DNA of 64,000 nucleotides from an uncultured Holophagales bacterium (GTDB lineage Bacteria > Acidobacteriota > Thermoanaerobaculia > Multivoradales > UBA5704): positions 41,187 to 105,186 of the forward strand of contig CAWJGT010000021.1 in the NCBI GenBank assembly GCA_963842525.1, given 5' to 3'. The notes beneath the pieces are model-generated. The model was not told the DNA's origin and made no database searches. It worked only from the letters and a program-made list of their open reading frames with translations. The stretch's first letter is position 1. Each line of letters opens with the position of its first letter. This document shows positions 10,161-19,978 of the stretch, in pieces. Made by a program: the position numbers and the translations under genes.

Positions 10161-10883
10161 ATGACCCATAGAAATATTCCCTCGATCAGCCTCTTCGCAG
10201 CGCTCGTTGCTGCTCTTCTCTTCACCGCCTGCGGCTCCTCGGGGATCGGCGACATCCTCGGCAGCCCCCGGGACGACAGCCAAAGCTCGTACCCCGGCAG
10301 CGTCGGCGATGTGCGCGGTACCGTGGAGCGCGTGGACACCCGGGACCGTTTCATCGTCGTGAACGGCGAGGAAGGCTACCGGAGCAACCTGCGCAACGGC
10401 AATGACGAAATTATCGTCTATTACGACAACAACACAACGGTGCGGCACGATGGCCGGACCTACCGGCCGGAGGATCTGGAGCGCGGCGACCGCATCGAGA
10501 TCGACGTCGACCAGAGCGGCAGCCGCCTGCTCGCCCAGGACATCCAGGTCGTCTACGACGCGACGGCCGGCAGCGGGACGGGCTCCTCGCAGGATGACTA
10601 CCAGACGATCTCCGAGCTGCGGGGCACCGTCCGCTATGTCGACACCCGGGCCCGCACGCTGGAGATCGAGCCGCGGAGCAGCTCCTTCTCCACGGGGTCG
10701 TCGGACATCGTGACCGTGCGCTACGACACCTCCACCACCGTCGAGTTCGAGGGGCGCAGCTACCAGCCCGAGAACCTCGAAAGGGGTGACGAGGTGGAGA
10801 TCGAGGTGCGTGACCTCAACGGCCAACTGCTCGCCGAGCAGATCCTGGTGGTCGGCGAGGGCCGGTCGACCGGCCGCCGCTGA
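10161..10883 (+). CDS. Lipoprotein with two repeated OB-fold-like (DUF5666-like) domains
   Basis: RBS aggagg before MTHRN; lipobox LFTAC; duplicated RGTV..VDTR...Y.PE.LERGD.EI units. Confidence 0.7.
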   Translation: MTHRNIPSISLFAALVAALLFTACGSSGIGDILGSPRDDSQSSYPGSVGDVRGTVERVDTRDRFIVVNGEEGYRSNLRNGNDEIIVYYDNNTTVRHDGRTYRPEDLERGDRIEIDVDQSGSRLLAQDIQVVYDATAGSGTGSSQDDYQTISELRGTVRYVDTRARTLEIEPRSSSFSTGSSDIVTVRYDTSTTVEFEGRSYQPENLERGDEVEIEVRDLNGQLLAEQILVVGEGRSTGRR

Positions 10884-10884
10884 A

Positions 10885-11025
10885 CCCTCTCCCCAACCCC
10901 TCTCCCGCGCGTCCACCACCTCCCGCCCCGAGCGGGAGAGGGGCGCGCTCTTCTCCTTTTCCCCCTCTCCCGTTCGGGGGTGGCGGAGACGAGGGACGCA
11001 CGGGAGAGGGGGTAGGGGGTGAGGG
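10885..11025. repeat. Palindromic REP-like element (cctcacccc/ggagaggg family)
   Basis: ccctctccccaacccctctcccg ... cgggagagggggtagggggtgaggg inverted arms, intergenic. Confidence 0.8.
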
Positions 11026-11063
11026 CGCTGCCGGCAGCGCCAAGCTGCTAAGATCCGCCCGCC

Positions 11064-11855
11064 ATGGGTGTCCTCCAGAAGAACAACGTCAAGCTGTCGG
11101 GGCGGGAGACGGGCCAGGCGATGCTCTTCGCCCATGGCTTCGGCTGCGACCAGAACATGTGGCGGTTCGTCGCGCCCGCCTTCGAGGGCGAATACAGGAT
11201 CGTCCTCTTCGACCATGTCGGCGCCGGCGGCTCGGACCTCTCGGCCTGGAACCGCGTCCGGTACGATTCGCTGCAAGGCTACGTCGACGACGTGCTGGAG
11301 ATCTGCCGCGAGCTGGAGCTGACGCAGGCGGTCTTCGTCGGGCACTCGGTCAGCGCCATGATCGGCGTGCTCGCGGCGATCCAGGAGCCTGACCGGTTCG
11401 AGAAGCTGATCCTGATCGGGCCTTCGCCCCGCTATATCGACGACGGAGACTACGTCGGCGGGTTCAGCCGGGAGGACATCGAAGGGTTGCTCGAGTCGCT
11501 CGACAGCAACTACCTGGGCTGGTCGAGCGCCATGGCCCCGGTGATCATGGGAAACCCCGACCGGCCCGAGCTCGGGTCGGAGCTGACCAACAGTTTCTGC
11601 CGCACCAACCCCGAGATCGCGCGGCACTTCGCTCGTGTCACCTTCCTCTCCGACAACCGGGCCGACCTCTCCAGGGTCCAGGCCCGCTCGCTGATCCTCC
11701 AGTGCTCCGAGGACGCCATCGCCCCGCAGTCGGTGGGGGAGTACGTGCACCGGCAGATTCCCGGCAGCGAGCTGGTGCTGATGACGGCGACCGGGCATTG
11801 CCCGAACCTGAGCGCTCCCGAGGAGACCATCGCGGCGATCCAGGCATTCCTGTAG
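11064..11855 (+). CDS. rsbQ: RsbQ-like alpha/beta hydrolase (KAI2/D14 family)
   Basis: FAHGFGCDQNMWR, VGHSVSAMIG nucleophile elbow, GPSPRYIDD, TGHCPNLS. Confidence 0.9.
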   Translation: MGVLQKNNVKLSGRETGQAMLFAHGFGCDQNMWRFVAPAFEGEYRIVLFDHVGAGGSDLSAWNRVRYDSLQGYVDDVLEICRELELTQAVFVGHSVSAMIGVLAAIQEPDRFEKLILIGPSPRYIDDGDYVGGFSREDIEGLLESLDSNYLGWSSAMAPVIMGNPDRPELGSELTNSFCRTNPEIARHFARVTFLSDNRADLSRVQARSLILQCSEDAIAPQSVGEYVHRQIPGSELVLMTATGHCPNLSAPEETIAAIQAFL

Positions 11856-11866
11856 CTGGTGGCGCC

Positions 11867-13445
11867 TTGTCAGGTCACGACGAAGCTCCCGATGCCCCGC
11901 CTGCGACGCTGCTCGAGGAAAGCGCCGAGGACCTCTACGAAAACGCCCCCTGCGGCTATATCTCGGCTCTGCCGGGTGGGCTCATCGTCCGGGCCAACCA
12001 GACGTTCCTGACCTGGATGGGCTACCGGCGGGAGGATCTCGTCGGCCGCAGGCGGTTCCAGGATCTGCTCACCGCCGGAGGCAGGATCTTCCACGAGACG
12101 CACTACGCTCCCCTGCTGCAGATGCAGGGGAGCGTGCGGGAGATCGCGGTCGAGATGGTCTGTGCGGACGGCCGCCGGCTGCCGGCGCTGATCAACTCGG
12201 TGCTCCGGAGAGACGAGGCGGGAAAGCCGCTGCTGGTCCGCACCACCGTCTTCAACGCCACCGACCGCAAGGAGTACGAGCGCGAGCTGCTGCGCGAGCG
12301 GCAGAAGGCCGAGCAGACGACCCAGGCCATGGCGGACTTCATCTCGATGCTCAGCCATGAGATCCGTACGCCGCTCAGCGCCATCATGGGGGTCGGGCCT
12401 TTCCTCGGGCTGACCGAGCTGTCGCCGCAGCAGCAGAAGCTCGTCCGTATCCTCCGGTCGTCTTCGGAGAACCTGCTGAACCTGGTCAACCAGATCCTCG
12501 ATTTCGGAAAGATCGAAGCCGGCAAGGTGTCCCTGGAGGAGAGGAGCTTCGATCTCCGCCAGCTCGTCTACGGGATCCTCGACGGCCTCCGGATCAAGAC
12601 GAAGGAGGGAGTGGCTCTCGAGGCGCACATCGACGAGCGGGTGCCGAACCAGCTCCTGGGCGATCCGGTCAAGATCGGGCAGGTGCTCACCAACCTCCTG
12701 GCCAACGCGATCAAGTTCACCCCCCAGGGATCGGTGACAGTGACGCTCCAGGTCCGCGAGCTGATCGCGGACGGCGTGTCGATCGAGCTTCCGGGTCGCC
12801 GACACCGGGATCGGGATCGCCGCGGACCGGCTGCCCCACATCTTCGACGACTTCACCCAGGCCAGCTACGACATCGGTATGAAATACGGCGGCACCGGCC
12901 TCGGGCTGGCCATCAGCAAAAAGCTTGTGGAGATGCACGGCAGCCGGATCACCGTGGAGAGCGAGTTGGGGCAGGGGACGACCTTCCGCTTCGACCTGCG
13001 CCTGAAGATCCCACCCGCTGCCGCTGAGCCCGCCGTGCCCGCCAACGCGGAAGGCGAGCCCCTCAAGGGACTGAGGGTCCTGGTGGCGGACGACAACGAG
13101 GTCAACCTGTTCGTGCTCACCGGATTCCTGCGAAGCTGGGGTGTCGAGCCCGACGTCGTAGCGACCGGGAGACAGGCCGTCGAGCGTATCCAGGAGAAGG
13201 ATTACGACCTGGTGCTGATGGACCTGTCGATGCCCGAGCTGGACGGCTACGCCGCCACACGGCAGATCCGCTGCCTGCCCGACCCGAGGTTCCGGCAATT
13301 GCCGATTTTCGCAGTCTCGGCCTCGATCCGGATGGACCCGCAGCACGAGATCGAGGAGGCAGGCTTCACAGATTTCGTCGGCAAGCCGGTCAGCCCCGAC
13401 ATCCTCTTCGCGAAGATCGTCCGCCACATATCTCGGATGCACTAG
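11867..13445 (+). CDS. PAS-domain hybrid sensor histidine kinase/response regulator; frameshift near 12788
   Basis: RsbP-like PAS (LYENAPCGY...HETHYAPLL), H-box SHEIRTPL, N-box NLLANAIKFT; G boxes (DTGIG, GGTGLGL) and REC (VLVADDN, LMDLSMP, KP) lie in the next frame. TTG start inferred. Confidence 0.85.
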
Positions 13446-13458
13446 CTCCTGTGCTGAT

Positions 13459-14829
13459 TTGTCCTTCCCAAAAGGACAAATATCGACTAAACTGTCCTTC
13501 ATGGAAGGACCAATTGGTCCTGGTGAGCTCGTCGACGAGCTGATCGCGGATTTCCAGGAGCGGGATCTGCCGCGAGTGACACCGCGTGACCTCTCCCTGC
13601 CGGAGCTGCCTGGCAAGGCGGATGCGGTGGTGGGGATGCGCCGGTCCGGCAAGACCTACTTCCTTTACCAGCAGATCGAGAAGAGGATCGCGAGCGGGAT
13701 CGACCGCAGTCGGCTCCTGTACGTCAACTTTGAGGACGAGCGGCTCCTTCCCTTCGCTGCGGCGGATCTGGCGCGGATCCCCGAGGCGTTCTATCGCCGG
13801 TTCCCCAGCAATCGAGAGCAGCTCTGCTGGTTCTTCTTCGACGAAATCCAGAATGTTCCGGGGTGGGAAACTTTCGTGCGCCGGCTGCTCGACAGCGAAA
13901 AGGTCGCGCTGGTCCTGACCGGCTCCTCCGCCCGGCTCCTCAGCCGCGAGATCGCCACCAGCCTGCGCGGACGGAGCCTCTCAACCGAGATCCTCCCGTT
14001 CAGCTTCGCGGAGTCGTTGCGCCACGAAGGAATGGAGCTGCCCGAGCGCTGGCCGCCCGGAGCGAAGGCACGCTCGCTCTTGGAAAACCGATTCGAACGG
14101 TATCTGAAAACCGGTGGATTTCCCGAGGTCCAGGCCATCGATCAGGATCTGCGGGTCCGCGTGCTCCAGGAGTACGTCGACGTGGTGATCTTCCGGGACG
14201 TTGTCGAGCGTCATGGGGTGGACAACCTCCCGGCCCTGCGCTACATGGAGCGCGGCCTGCTGGCGAGCCCGGCCGGCAAGTTCAGCGTCAGCAAGCTGTT
14301 CAACGACCTCAAGTCGCAGGGGATGCGGGTAGCCAAGGACACGCTGTACGAGTACCTCGCCCACCTAGAGGACAGTTTCCTCCTCTTCACGATCACGGTC
14401 GCCTCGCCCTCGGCGCGGGTCCGCCAGGTCAATCCTCGCAAGTGCTATCCGATCGATCCCGCCCTGCCCGCGGCTGTCTCCTTTCGGGCCTCCGAGGACG
14501 TTGGCCACCTGCTGGAGACCGTCGTTTACCTGGAGCTGCGGCGGCGTGGGCGGTCCGTGGCCTACGTGACGACCCATTCCGGCTACGAGGTCGATTTCCT
14601 GGCGGAAGGTCGCACAGGGGTCCGGGAGCTGGTCCAGGTCTGCGCCAGCCTGGAGGACCCGACGACCCGTCAGCGCGAGCTCCGCGCCCTGGAGGAGGGG
14701 ATGCGAGAGACCTCCTGTGAGCGGGCCACCCTGGTCACACTGCGGGAAGAAGATTCCGTGGAGATCGCCGGCCGCACGGTCCGGATCGTTCCCGCCTGGC
14801 GCTGGCTTTTGGAGCCCGAGGGGACCTGA
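13459..14829 (+). CDS. AAA+ ATPase (AAA_14 + DUF4143 type) with C-terminal nuclease-like motif
   Basis: Walker A GMRRSGKT, FFDEIQNV, LTGSS, GGFPE, EVDF...QV; start may be 13501. Confidence 0.9.
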   Translation: MSFPKGQISTKLSFMEGPIGPGELVDELIADFQERDLPRVTPRDLSLPELPGKADAVVGMRRSGKTYFLYQQIEKRIASGIDRSRLLYVNFEDERLLPFAAADLARIPEAFYRRFPSNREQLCWFFFDEIQNVPGWETFVRRLLDSEKVALVLTGSSARLLSREIATSLRGRSLSTEILPFSFAESLRHEGMELPERWPPGAKARSLLENRFERYLKTGGFPEVQAIDQDLRVRVLQEYVDVVIFRDVVERHGVDNLPALRYMERGLLASPAGKFSVSKLFNDLKSQGMRVAKDTLYEYLAHLEDSFLLFTITVASPSARVRQVNPRKCYPIDPALPAAVSFRASEDVGHLLETVVYLELRRRGRSVAYVTTHSGYEVDFLAEGRTGVRELVQVCASLEDPTTRQRELRALEEGMRETSCERATLVTLREEDSVEIAGRTVRIVPAWRWLLEPEGT

Positions 14830-15170
14830 TTCACGGCTCCCGCTACCCGCAGATCCAGAGCCAGGATTTCGTCCTGGTCCCGCAGGTAGAGCCGGCCGCG
14901 GGCGAGCGAGGGCGAGGTCCAGGCTGTGCCCTCCATGACCTGGAATTTGCCCTTCTCGCGATAGCCTTCGGGGGTCGCCTCGGCCAGGGCCAGGGTGCCG
15001 CGGTCGGAGAGGATGACCAGCCGGCCGTCCGCGGCGGTCAGCGACCCCTTGCCGAAGCCGCGGTAGGCCCATTTCTCCTCCCCCGTGGCCGCGTCGAGGC
15101 ACTTGAGCGTGGCGTTGTCGAAGCCGTAGAGGAAGCCTCCCGCGGCCACCGTGGAGCTGAAGTGGTTCTC
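14830..15170 (-). pseudogene. C-terminal fragment of a PQQ-like beta-propeller protein
   Basis: NHFSSTV..GFLYGFD..LKCLDAATGEEKW..WTSPSLARGRLYLRD; no N-terminus, runs into the 3' end of the ATPase. Confidence 0.7.
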
Positions 15171-15283
15171 CGGTAAGCTCCACGGCCCCATGGCTGCTGC
15201 TCCTCCCGCCCGGATCGGAATTTCTGATGAGCAGGCTCTCTTGTCCTGATCAGCGAATACGCCATCTGCTGGTAGACTTCGCC

Positions 15284-15848
15284 ATGAGACAAGCTCCTGT
15301 TACGAATCTGCTTCAGAGGTGGAGCCAGGGAGACCGGGAGGCTGCGGAGGAAGTCCTGCCGCTCGTCTATGACGAGCTGCGCCGCATCGCCGCCAGGGAA
15401 GCTCCGTCGTGGGCCGCGAGGCCAGACCCTTCAGGCCACGGCCCTCGTCCATGAGGTCTACCTGCGCCTCAGCAGCCGCGAAGGCTTCCGCCTCTCCAGC
15501 CGGCCCCATTTCTTCGCTCTCGCGGCCAAGTTGATCCGGCAGATCCTCGTCGACTATGCCCGCCGCCAGAACCGGCTCAAGCGGGGAGGCCAGGCAGAAA
15601 GAGTGACGCTGACCGAGACGGCCGGCCTTGTGGAGCCGAGGGGGCCCGACCTGCTGGCGGTCGACGAGGCCCTGGAAAAGCTGGAGGAGCTCGACCCCAG
15701 AAAAGCAGCGATCGTCGAGCTTCGCTTCTTCGCCGGCCTGACCCTGGAGGAGACCGCCACGCAGCTCGGCATCTCCCCGGAGACCGTCGGCCGCGAGTGG
15801 CGCCGGGCGAGGGCCTGGCTGTGCAACGAGCTGGAGGGTGGAGCATGA
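15284..15848 (+). CDS. ECF sigma factor of the Ser/Thr-kinase-associated type; frameshift near 15399
   Basis: VTNLLQRWSQGD...LVYDELRRIA, then TLQATALVHEVYLRL, HFFALAA, VELRFFAGL; stop overlaps the kinase start. Confidence 0.85.
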
Positions 15849-18592
15849 ACGATGCCGAGCGTTGGCGCGAGGTGGACCGCGTCTTCGAGGCGGCGCTCGA
15901 CCGTCCTCCCGGCGAGCGGACCGCCTTTCTCGAAGCGGCCTGTGCGGGCGATCCCGTGCTTCGTCACGAGGTGGAGAGATTGCTCGCCGCGGATGCGCGG
16001 GAGGCCGCCTTCATCGATCGGCCGGCCGACGAGGTCCTGGGATTGATGGTGGGCGATCGCGGGGAGCCGCAACGCCTCGGACCCTACCGGCTGCTGCGCG
16101 CCATCGGACGTGGCGGCATGGGCGCTGTCTATCTCGCTGTGCGGGACGACGAGCAGTATGAGCGTCTGGTCGCGGTCAAGATCCTCCGTTCCGGTCTCGA
16201 AGACACCGAGCTTCGCCATCGGTTCCTCGTCGAGCGGCAGATCCTGGCCCGCCTCGAGCACCCCGGCATCGCCCGGTTGTACGACGGCGGAACCACGGAG
16301 GACGGCCGGCCGTATCTGGTGATGGAGCTGATCGAAGGGCTGCCCGTCGACGAGTATTGCGATCGTCACCGGCTGGCGATCGACCAGCGCCTCGCGTTGT
16401 TCCTGCGGATCTGCGCCGCCGTGCAGTACGCGCACCAGAACCTGCTCGTCCACCGCGACCTCAAGCCGGCGAACATCCTGGTGACTCCGCAGGGAGAGCC
16501 GAAGCTCCTCGACTTCGGCATTGCCAAGCAGCTCGAGCCGGCGGCTGCGGCCGATTCCCGCACGCGGACCGGGCTGCGGGTGATGACCCCCGGCTATGCC
16601 AGCCCCGAGCAGGTGAAGGGTGGAGCCATCACCACGGCCAGCGACGTGTACTCGTTGGGGGTGCTGCTCTACGAGCTGCTCGCCGGCCGGAGCCCCTATC
16701 AGGTGGAGGAGGGAGCGCCGCCCTACGAGCTCGAGCGCGCCGTCAATGAACAGGAACCGGAGAAGCCCAGCATGGCCCTGTTGCGGCCCGGCAATCCGTC
16801 GCCCGCGGACATCGCCGCCGCCCGGGGCAGCCGGCCCGCGGCGCTCCGGCGCCGGCTGGCGGACGACCTCGACACGATCGTGCTCACGGCCCTGCGCAAG
16901 GAGCCGCCACGGCGCTATGAATCGGTCGCCCGGCTTTCCTCGGACCTGGAGCGGCACCTGAAGGACCTTCCAGTCTCCGCCCGTCCTGACACCTTGGGCT
17001 ACCGGACGAGGAAGCTCGTCCGCCGGCACCGCATCGCGGTGGCTGCCGCGGCGGTTGTCGTCCTGCTCGTTGCGGTGCTGCTGGCGGGCCTTTTTCTCCA
17101 GGGCCGGCAGACCGCCCGGCAGAGGGACAAGGCCCGCTACGCGCTGTCGTTTCTGGTCGACACCTTCAAGCAAGCCGATCCTTATCGAACGCAGGGAGAA
17201 ACACTCACCGCCCGTGAGATCCTCGATCAGGGAGCCGATCGCATCTCGCGGGAGCTTGCGGGTGAGCCGGACGTGCAGGCGGCCGTGATGGACGCCATCG
17301 GCGAGGTCAACCTCGGCCTGGGACGATACGACGCCGCGGAGCCGCTCCTGAAGCGTTCCCTCGCGATCCGCCGCCAGACCTTCGGCCCCGAATCCCTGGA
17401 AACGGCGGAGAGCCTGGAGCACCTTGCCGAGCTCCGGAATGAGCGCGCCGAATGGGCTGGTGCGGAGTCGCATCTGCGGGAGGCCCTGGCCATCCGGCGG
17501 CGGCAGGGTGGCGAGGACCTCGCCGTGGCGAAGACCCTCAATCGGCTCGGCCAGACTCTCCTCGGCAAAGGCGCCTCTGCCGAGGTTGCACCCGAGATCG
17601 AGGCGCTCCACCAGGAGGCCCTCGCCATCGCCCGCCGCGTCGAGGGACCCGACGGCCTCACCGTGGCCGAGACTTTTTTCGCGCTCGCGAATCTGCAAGG
17701 CGTGCTAGGGAACTATGCGGAGTCGGAGAACCGCTTCCGGATGGGGCTCGCCGTCGGACAGAAAGCCCTGGGAGAGCAGGATCCGCGGTACTGGCGCGAC
17801 CGGTCGAGGCTCGGGGACGGCTTGTTCAACGCGGGCAAATTCAAGGAGGCAGAGGCCGTGTACCGCCAATGCCTGAATGTGCAAAAAAAGGTCCTCGGCC
17901 GGGAGCATCCGGACGTGGCGCGCACGCTCATCGGCCTTGCCGCGGCACTCCACCTCCAGGGCCGGTACACCGAAGCGGAGGCTCTGGAACGCGAGGTGCT
18001 GGCCCTGGCTCGCTCGCAATACGGTCCGGCGCACTGGCTGGTGGCCGAGGCCCTGTGCAATCTGGCAGCGAGCCTCGTGGGGCAAGCCAGGAGGGACGAG
18101 GGAATCCCTTTGTTTGAAGAAGCGCTGGAAATCCGCCGTCGGACTCTGGGTGAGAAGCACTGGAGAGTGGCTCAGGTCCTCCTGCTTCTCGCCGAGACGT
18201 ACCGTGTTCAAAAGGAATTTCCCAAAGCGCTCGGGCTCGCACGCCAGGCCCACGATGTCTTCGCAGCCGGGGACGGTCCGGACCATCCATTCACCGCCCA
18301 CGCGCTGCTGGAGATCGGCAGGAACTACCTGGAGCAGGACCGCCCGACGGAGGCCGAGCCCTTCCTGCGACGCTGCCTGGAGATCCGGCAAAAGAAGCTC
18401 GAAGCCCGCCATCCCGACCTGGCCAGGGCGCAGTTCCGGCTTGCGGAGTGTCTGATCCAGCAGAGCCGCTCCGAGGAGGCAAGGCCCCTGCTGCGGGAGG
18501 CGCACACGACGTTCATCGCCGTCTATGGACCGGCCAGCGAATCGGGCAAAAAGGCAGCAAAGCTGCTGGAGACGATGCCCCCCGCACCCTGA
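15845..18592 (+). CDS. Transmembrane Ser/Thr protein kinase with TPR repeats
   Basis: Start MNDAERW; GRGGMGAVY, VAVK, HRDLKPANIL, DFG, YASPEQ; TM helix; many TPRs. Confidence 0.95.
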   Translation: MNDAERWREVDRVFEAALDRPPGERTAFLEAACAGDPVLRHEVERLLAADAREAAFIDRPADEVLGLMVGDRGEPQRLGPYRLLRAIGRGGMGAVYLAVRDDEQYERLVAVKILRSGLEDTELRHRFLVERQILARLEHPGIARLYDGGTTEDGRPYLVMELIEGLPVDEYCDRHRLAIDQRLALFLRICAAVQYAHQNLLVHRDLKPANILVTPQGEPKLLDFGIAKQLEPAAAADSRTRTGLRVMTPGYASPEQVKGGAITTASDVYSLGVLLYELLAGRSPYQVEEGAPPYELERAVNEQEPEKPSMALLRPGNPSPADIAAARGSRPAALRRRLADDLDTIVLTALRKEPPRRYESVARLSSDLERHLKDLPVSARPDTLGYRTRKLVRRHRIAVAAAAVVVLLVAVLLAGLFLQGRQTARQRDKARYALSFLVDTFKQADPYRTQGETLTAREILDQGADRISRELAGEPDVQAAVMDAIGEVNLGLGRYDAAEPLLKRSLAIRRQTFGPESLETAESLEHLAELRNERAEWAGAESHLREALAIRRRQGGEDLAVAKTLNRLGQTLLGKGASAEVAPEIEALHQEALAIARRVEGPDGLTVAETFFALANLQGVLGNYAESENRFRMGLAVGQKALGEQDPRYWRDRSRLGDGLFNAGKFKEAEAVYRQCLNVQKKVLGREHPDVARTLIGLAAALHLQGRYTEAEALEREVLALARSQYGPAHWLVAEALCNLAASLVGQARRDEGIPLFEEALEIRRRTLGEKHWRVAQVLLLLAETYRVQKEFPKALGLARQAHDVFAAGDGPDHPFTAHALLEIGRNYLEQDRPTEAEPFLRRCLEIRQKKLEARHPDLARAQFRLAECLIQQSRSEEARPLLREAHTTFIAVYGPASESGKKAAKLLETMPPAP

Positions 18593-18717
18593 GCCCCGCT
18601 GCCAGACAGATCACCTGACGGACTCTTCCCCCATTTGACGTATTCCGGATTGAGGGCCTGCCGGCTGGCAGGCGCTGACACCTGATGGACAGGTGACGCA
18701 AAAACCTCGAGAGGAGA

Positions 18718-18969
18718 ATGGTGTTGAGCCCAAAAATCAAGCTGTTCCTGCTGGCGCTCGTCGTGCTCGCCGTCGTCGTCACCACGCCGTTGTCTGCATT
18801 GAAGCAAGATACGGGTACAGGCGGGGGCTCGGGCGGCGGAGGTTGTTCCACGTCGTGCTCCAGGGAGTGCGCCGACGGTTCATGGTCGGGAATTGGCTGT
18901 CTCGCGAACCAGTGTGCCTACTGTACGTGCAGCGGCTCTCCGGTCCGGGCCAATCCATACTGCTCCTGA
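18718..18969 (+). CDS. Small secreted cysteine-rich protein (8 Cys)
   Basis: RBS gaggag; signal peptide; Gly linker; CSTSCSREC...C....C..C.C..........C; followed by a hairpin. Confidence 0.7.
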   Translation: MVLSPKIKLFLLALVVLAVVVTTPLSALKQDTGTGGGSGGGGCSTSCSRECADGSWSGIGCLANQCAYCTCSGSPVRANPYCS

Positions 18970-18993
18970 TCGCATAGAGGACGACACCGCAAG

Positions 18994-19031
18994 TCCTGCC
19001 GCGCCTTCTCCTGGAGAGAGGCGCGGCAGGA
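18994..19031. terminator. GC-rich hairpin, probable terminator
   Basis: tcctgccgcgcct...aggcgcggcagga followed by tcttt. Confidence 0.55.
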
Positions 19032-19055
19032 TCTTTCGTCGAAGCCGGCTCGGTC

Positions 19056-19215
19056 ACGATCAGCGCCTGGGCGATGCCGAAGCGCTGGAGCATGCCGCCG
19101 GAAAAGCCGGACAGCATCTTTTTGCGGACGCTCCACAAGTTGGTCTGATGGAGAAGGGTTTCGACGGTCGTCTTGCGGTCCGCAGCCGAGGCGATGCCCT
19201 TCAAGACTGCCTTGA
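19056..19215 (-). pseudogene. Internal fragment of an ABC-transporter ATPase
   Basis: LKGI...LLHQTNLWSVRKKMLSGFSGGMLQRFGIAQALI (signature region) with no Walker A or B. Confidence 0.65.
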
Positions 19216-19284
19216 GCGTCCATGGTCCCGCGGTGGCTCCTGCCGGTCCCACGGGACCACTGCGTGCCACCGCAGTACCGTTTT

Positions 19285-19956
19285 TCAACCTCGGTGATTG
19301 CGCGCATAGAGCACCAGCTCCATACGGCTCATCGGCCCCACCTTTTCATAGATCCTGTTCAGATGAGTGCGGACCGTCGGCACCGAGACGCCAAGCTCGT
19401 GGGCGATCTCCTTGTTGCCCAGGCCCCTGCCCAGCAGCCGTAGGACATCCATCTCGCGTGGGGTAAATGCGTCGCCGGGAACCGGCCCCGGAGGCCCCGG
19501 AGGCCCCGGAGACGAGTGGCGCCCCGCGGTGTCTTCCTTCGCCAGGCCCAGGAAGGCCTGGGTCACCGCCGGGCTGAGATAGAAGCGCCCCTTGAGCACC
19601 TCGCGGACGGCGGTCTCGATCTCCATGGCAGCGGAGTCCTTGGTGAGGTAGCCATAGGCGCCGGCGTCGAAGGCTGCCTGCACCCATTCGGGGTCGGTGT
19701 GGACGCTGAGGATCAGGACCCGCGTCTCGGGAAGGAGGTCGCGCAGCCGGCGCGTGGCCTCGATGCCGTTGATCACCGGCATCGAGATGTCCGCGAGGAC
19801 CAGATCGGGCCGCCAGACCTCCGCCAGCTCCAGGAGAGCGCGGCCATCCGTCGCCGTCCCCACCACTTCGAAATCCGGGTTGAGGATCTCCCTCAAGTCT
19901 TCCAACATCAGCGGATGGTCGTCAGCAAGAAGAATTCTGGGGCTCCGTTCGCCCAC
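19285..19956 (-). CDS. NarL/LuxR-family response regulator
   Basis: [43 protein letters not shown]; GTG start after ggagg. Confidence 0.9.
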   Translation of the reverse strand: MGERSPRILLADDHPLMLEDLREILNPDFEVVGTATDGRALLELAEVWRPDLVLADISMPVINGIEATRRLRDLLPETRVLILSVHTDPEWVQAAFDAGAYGYLTKDSAAMEIETAVREVLKGRFYLSPAVTQAFLGLAKEDTAGRHSSPGPPGPPGPVPGDAFTPREMDVLRLLGRGLGNKEIAHELGVSVPTVRTHLNRIYEKVGPMSRMELVLYARNHRG

Positions 19957-19978
19957 AACCTCCCCTTTCCTCCGAGTG

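Noticed and set aside
9987-11798. N-terminal ~600 aa of ORF 9153..11798
   Set aside because: Antisense read-through of the lipoprotein and rsbQ genes; only the last 277 aa are the L,D-transpeptidase
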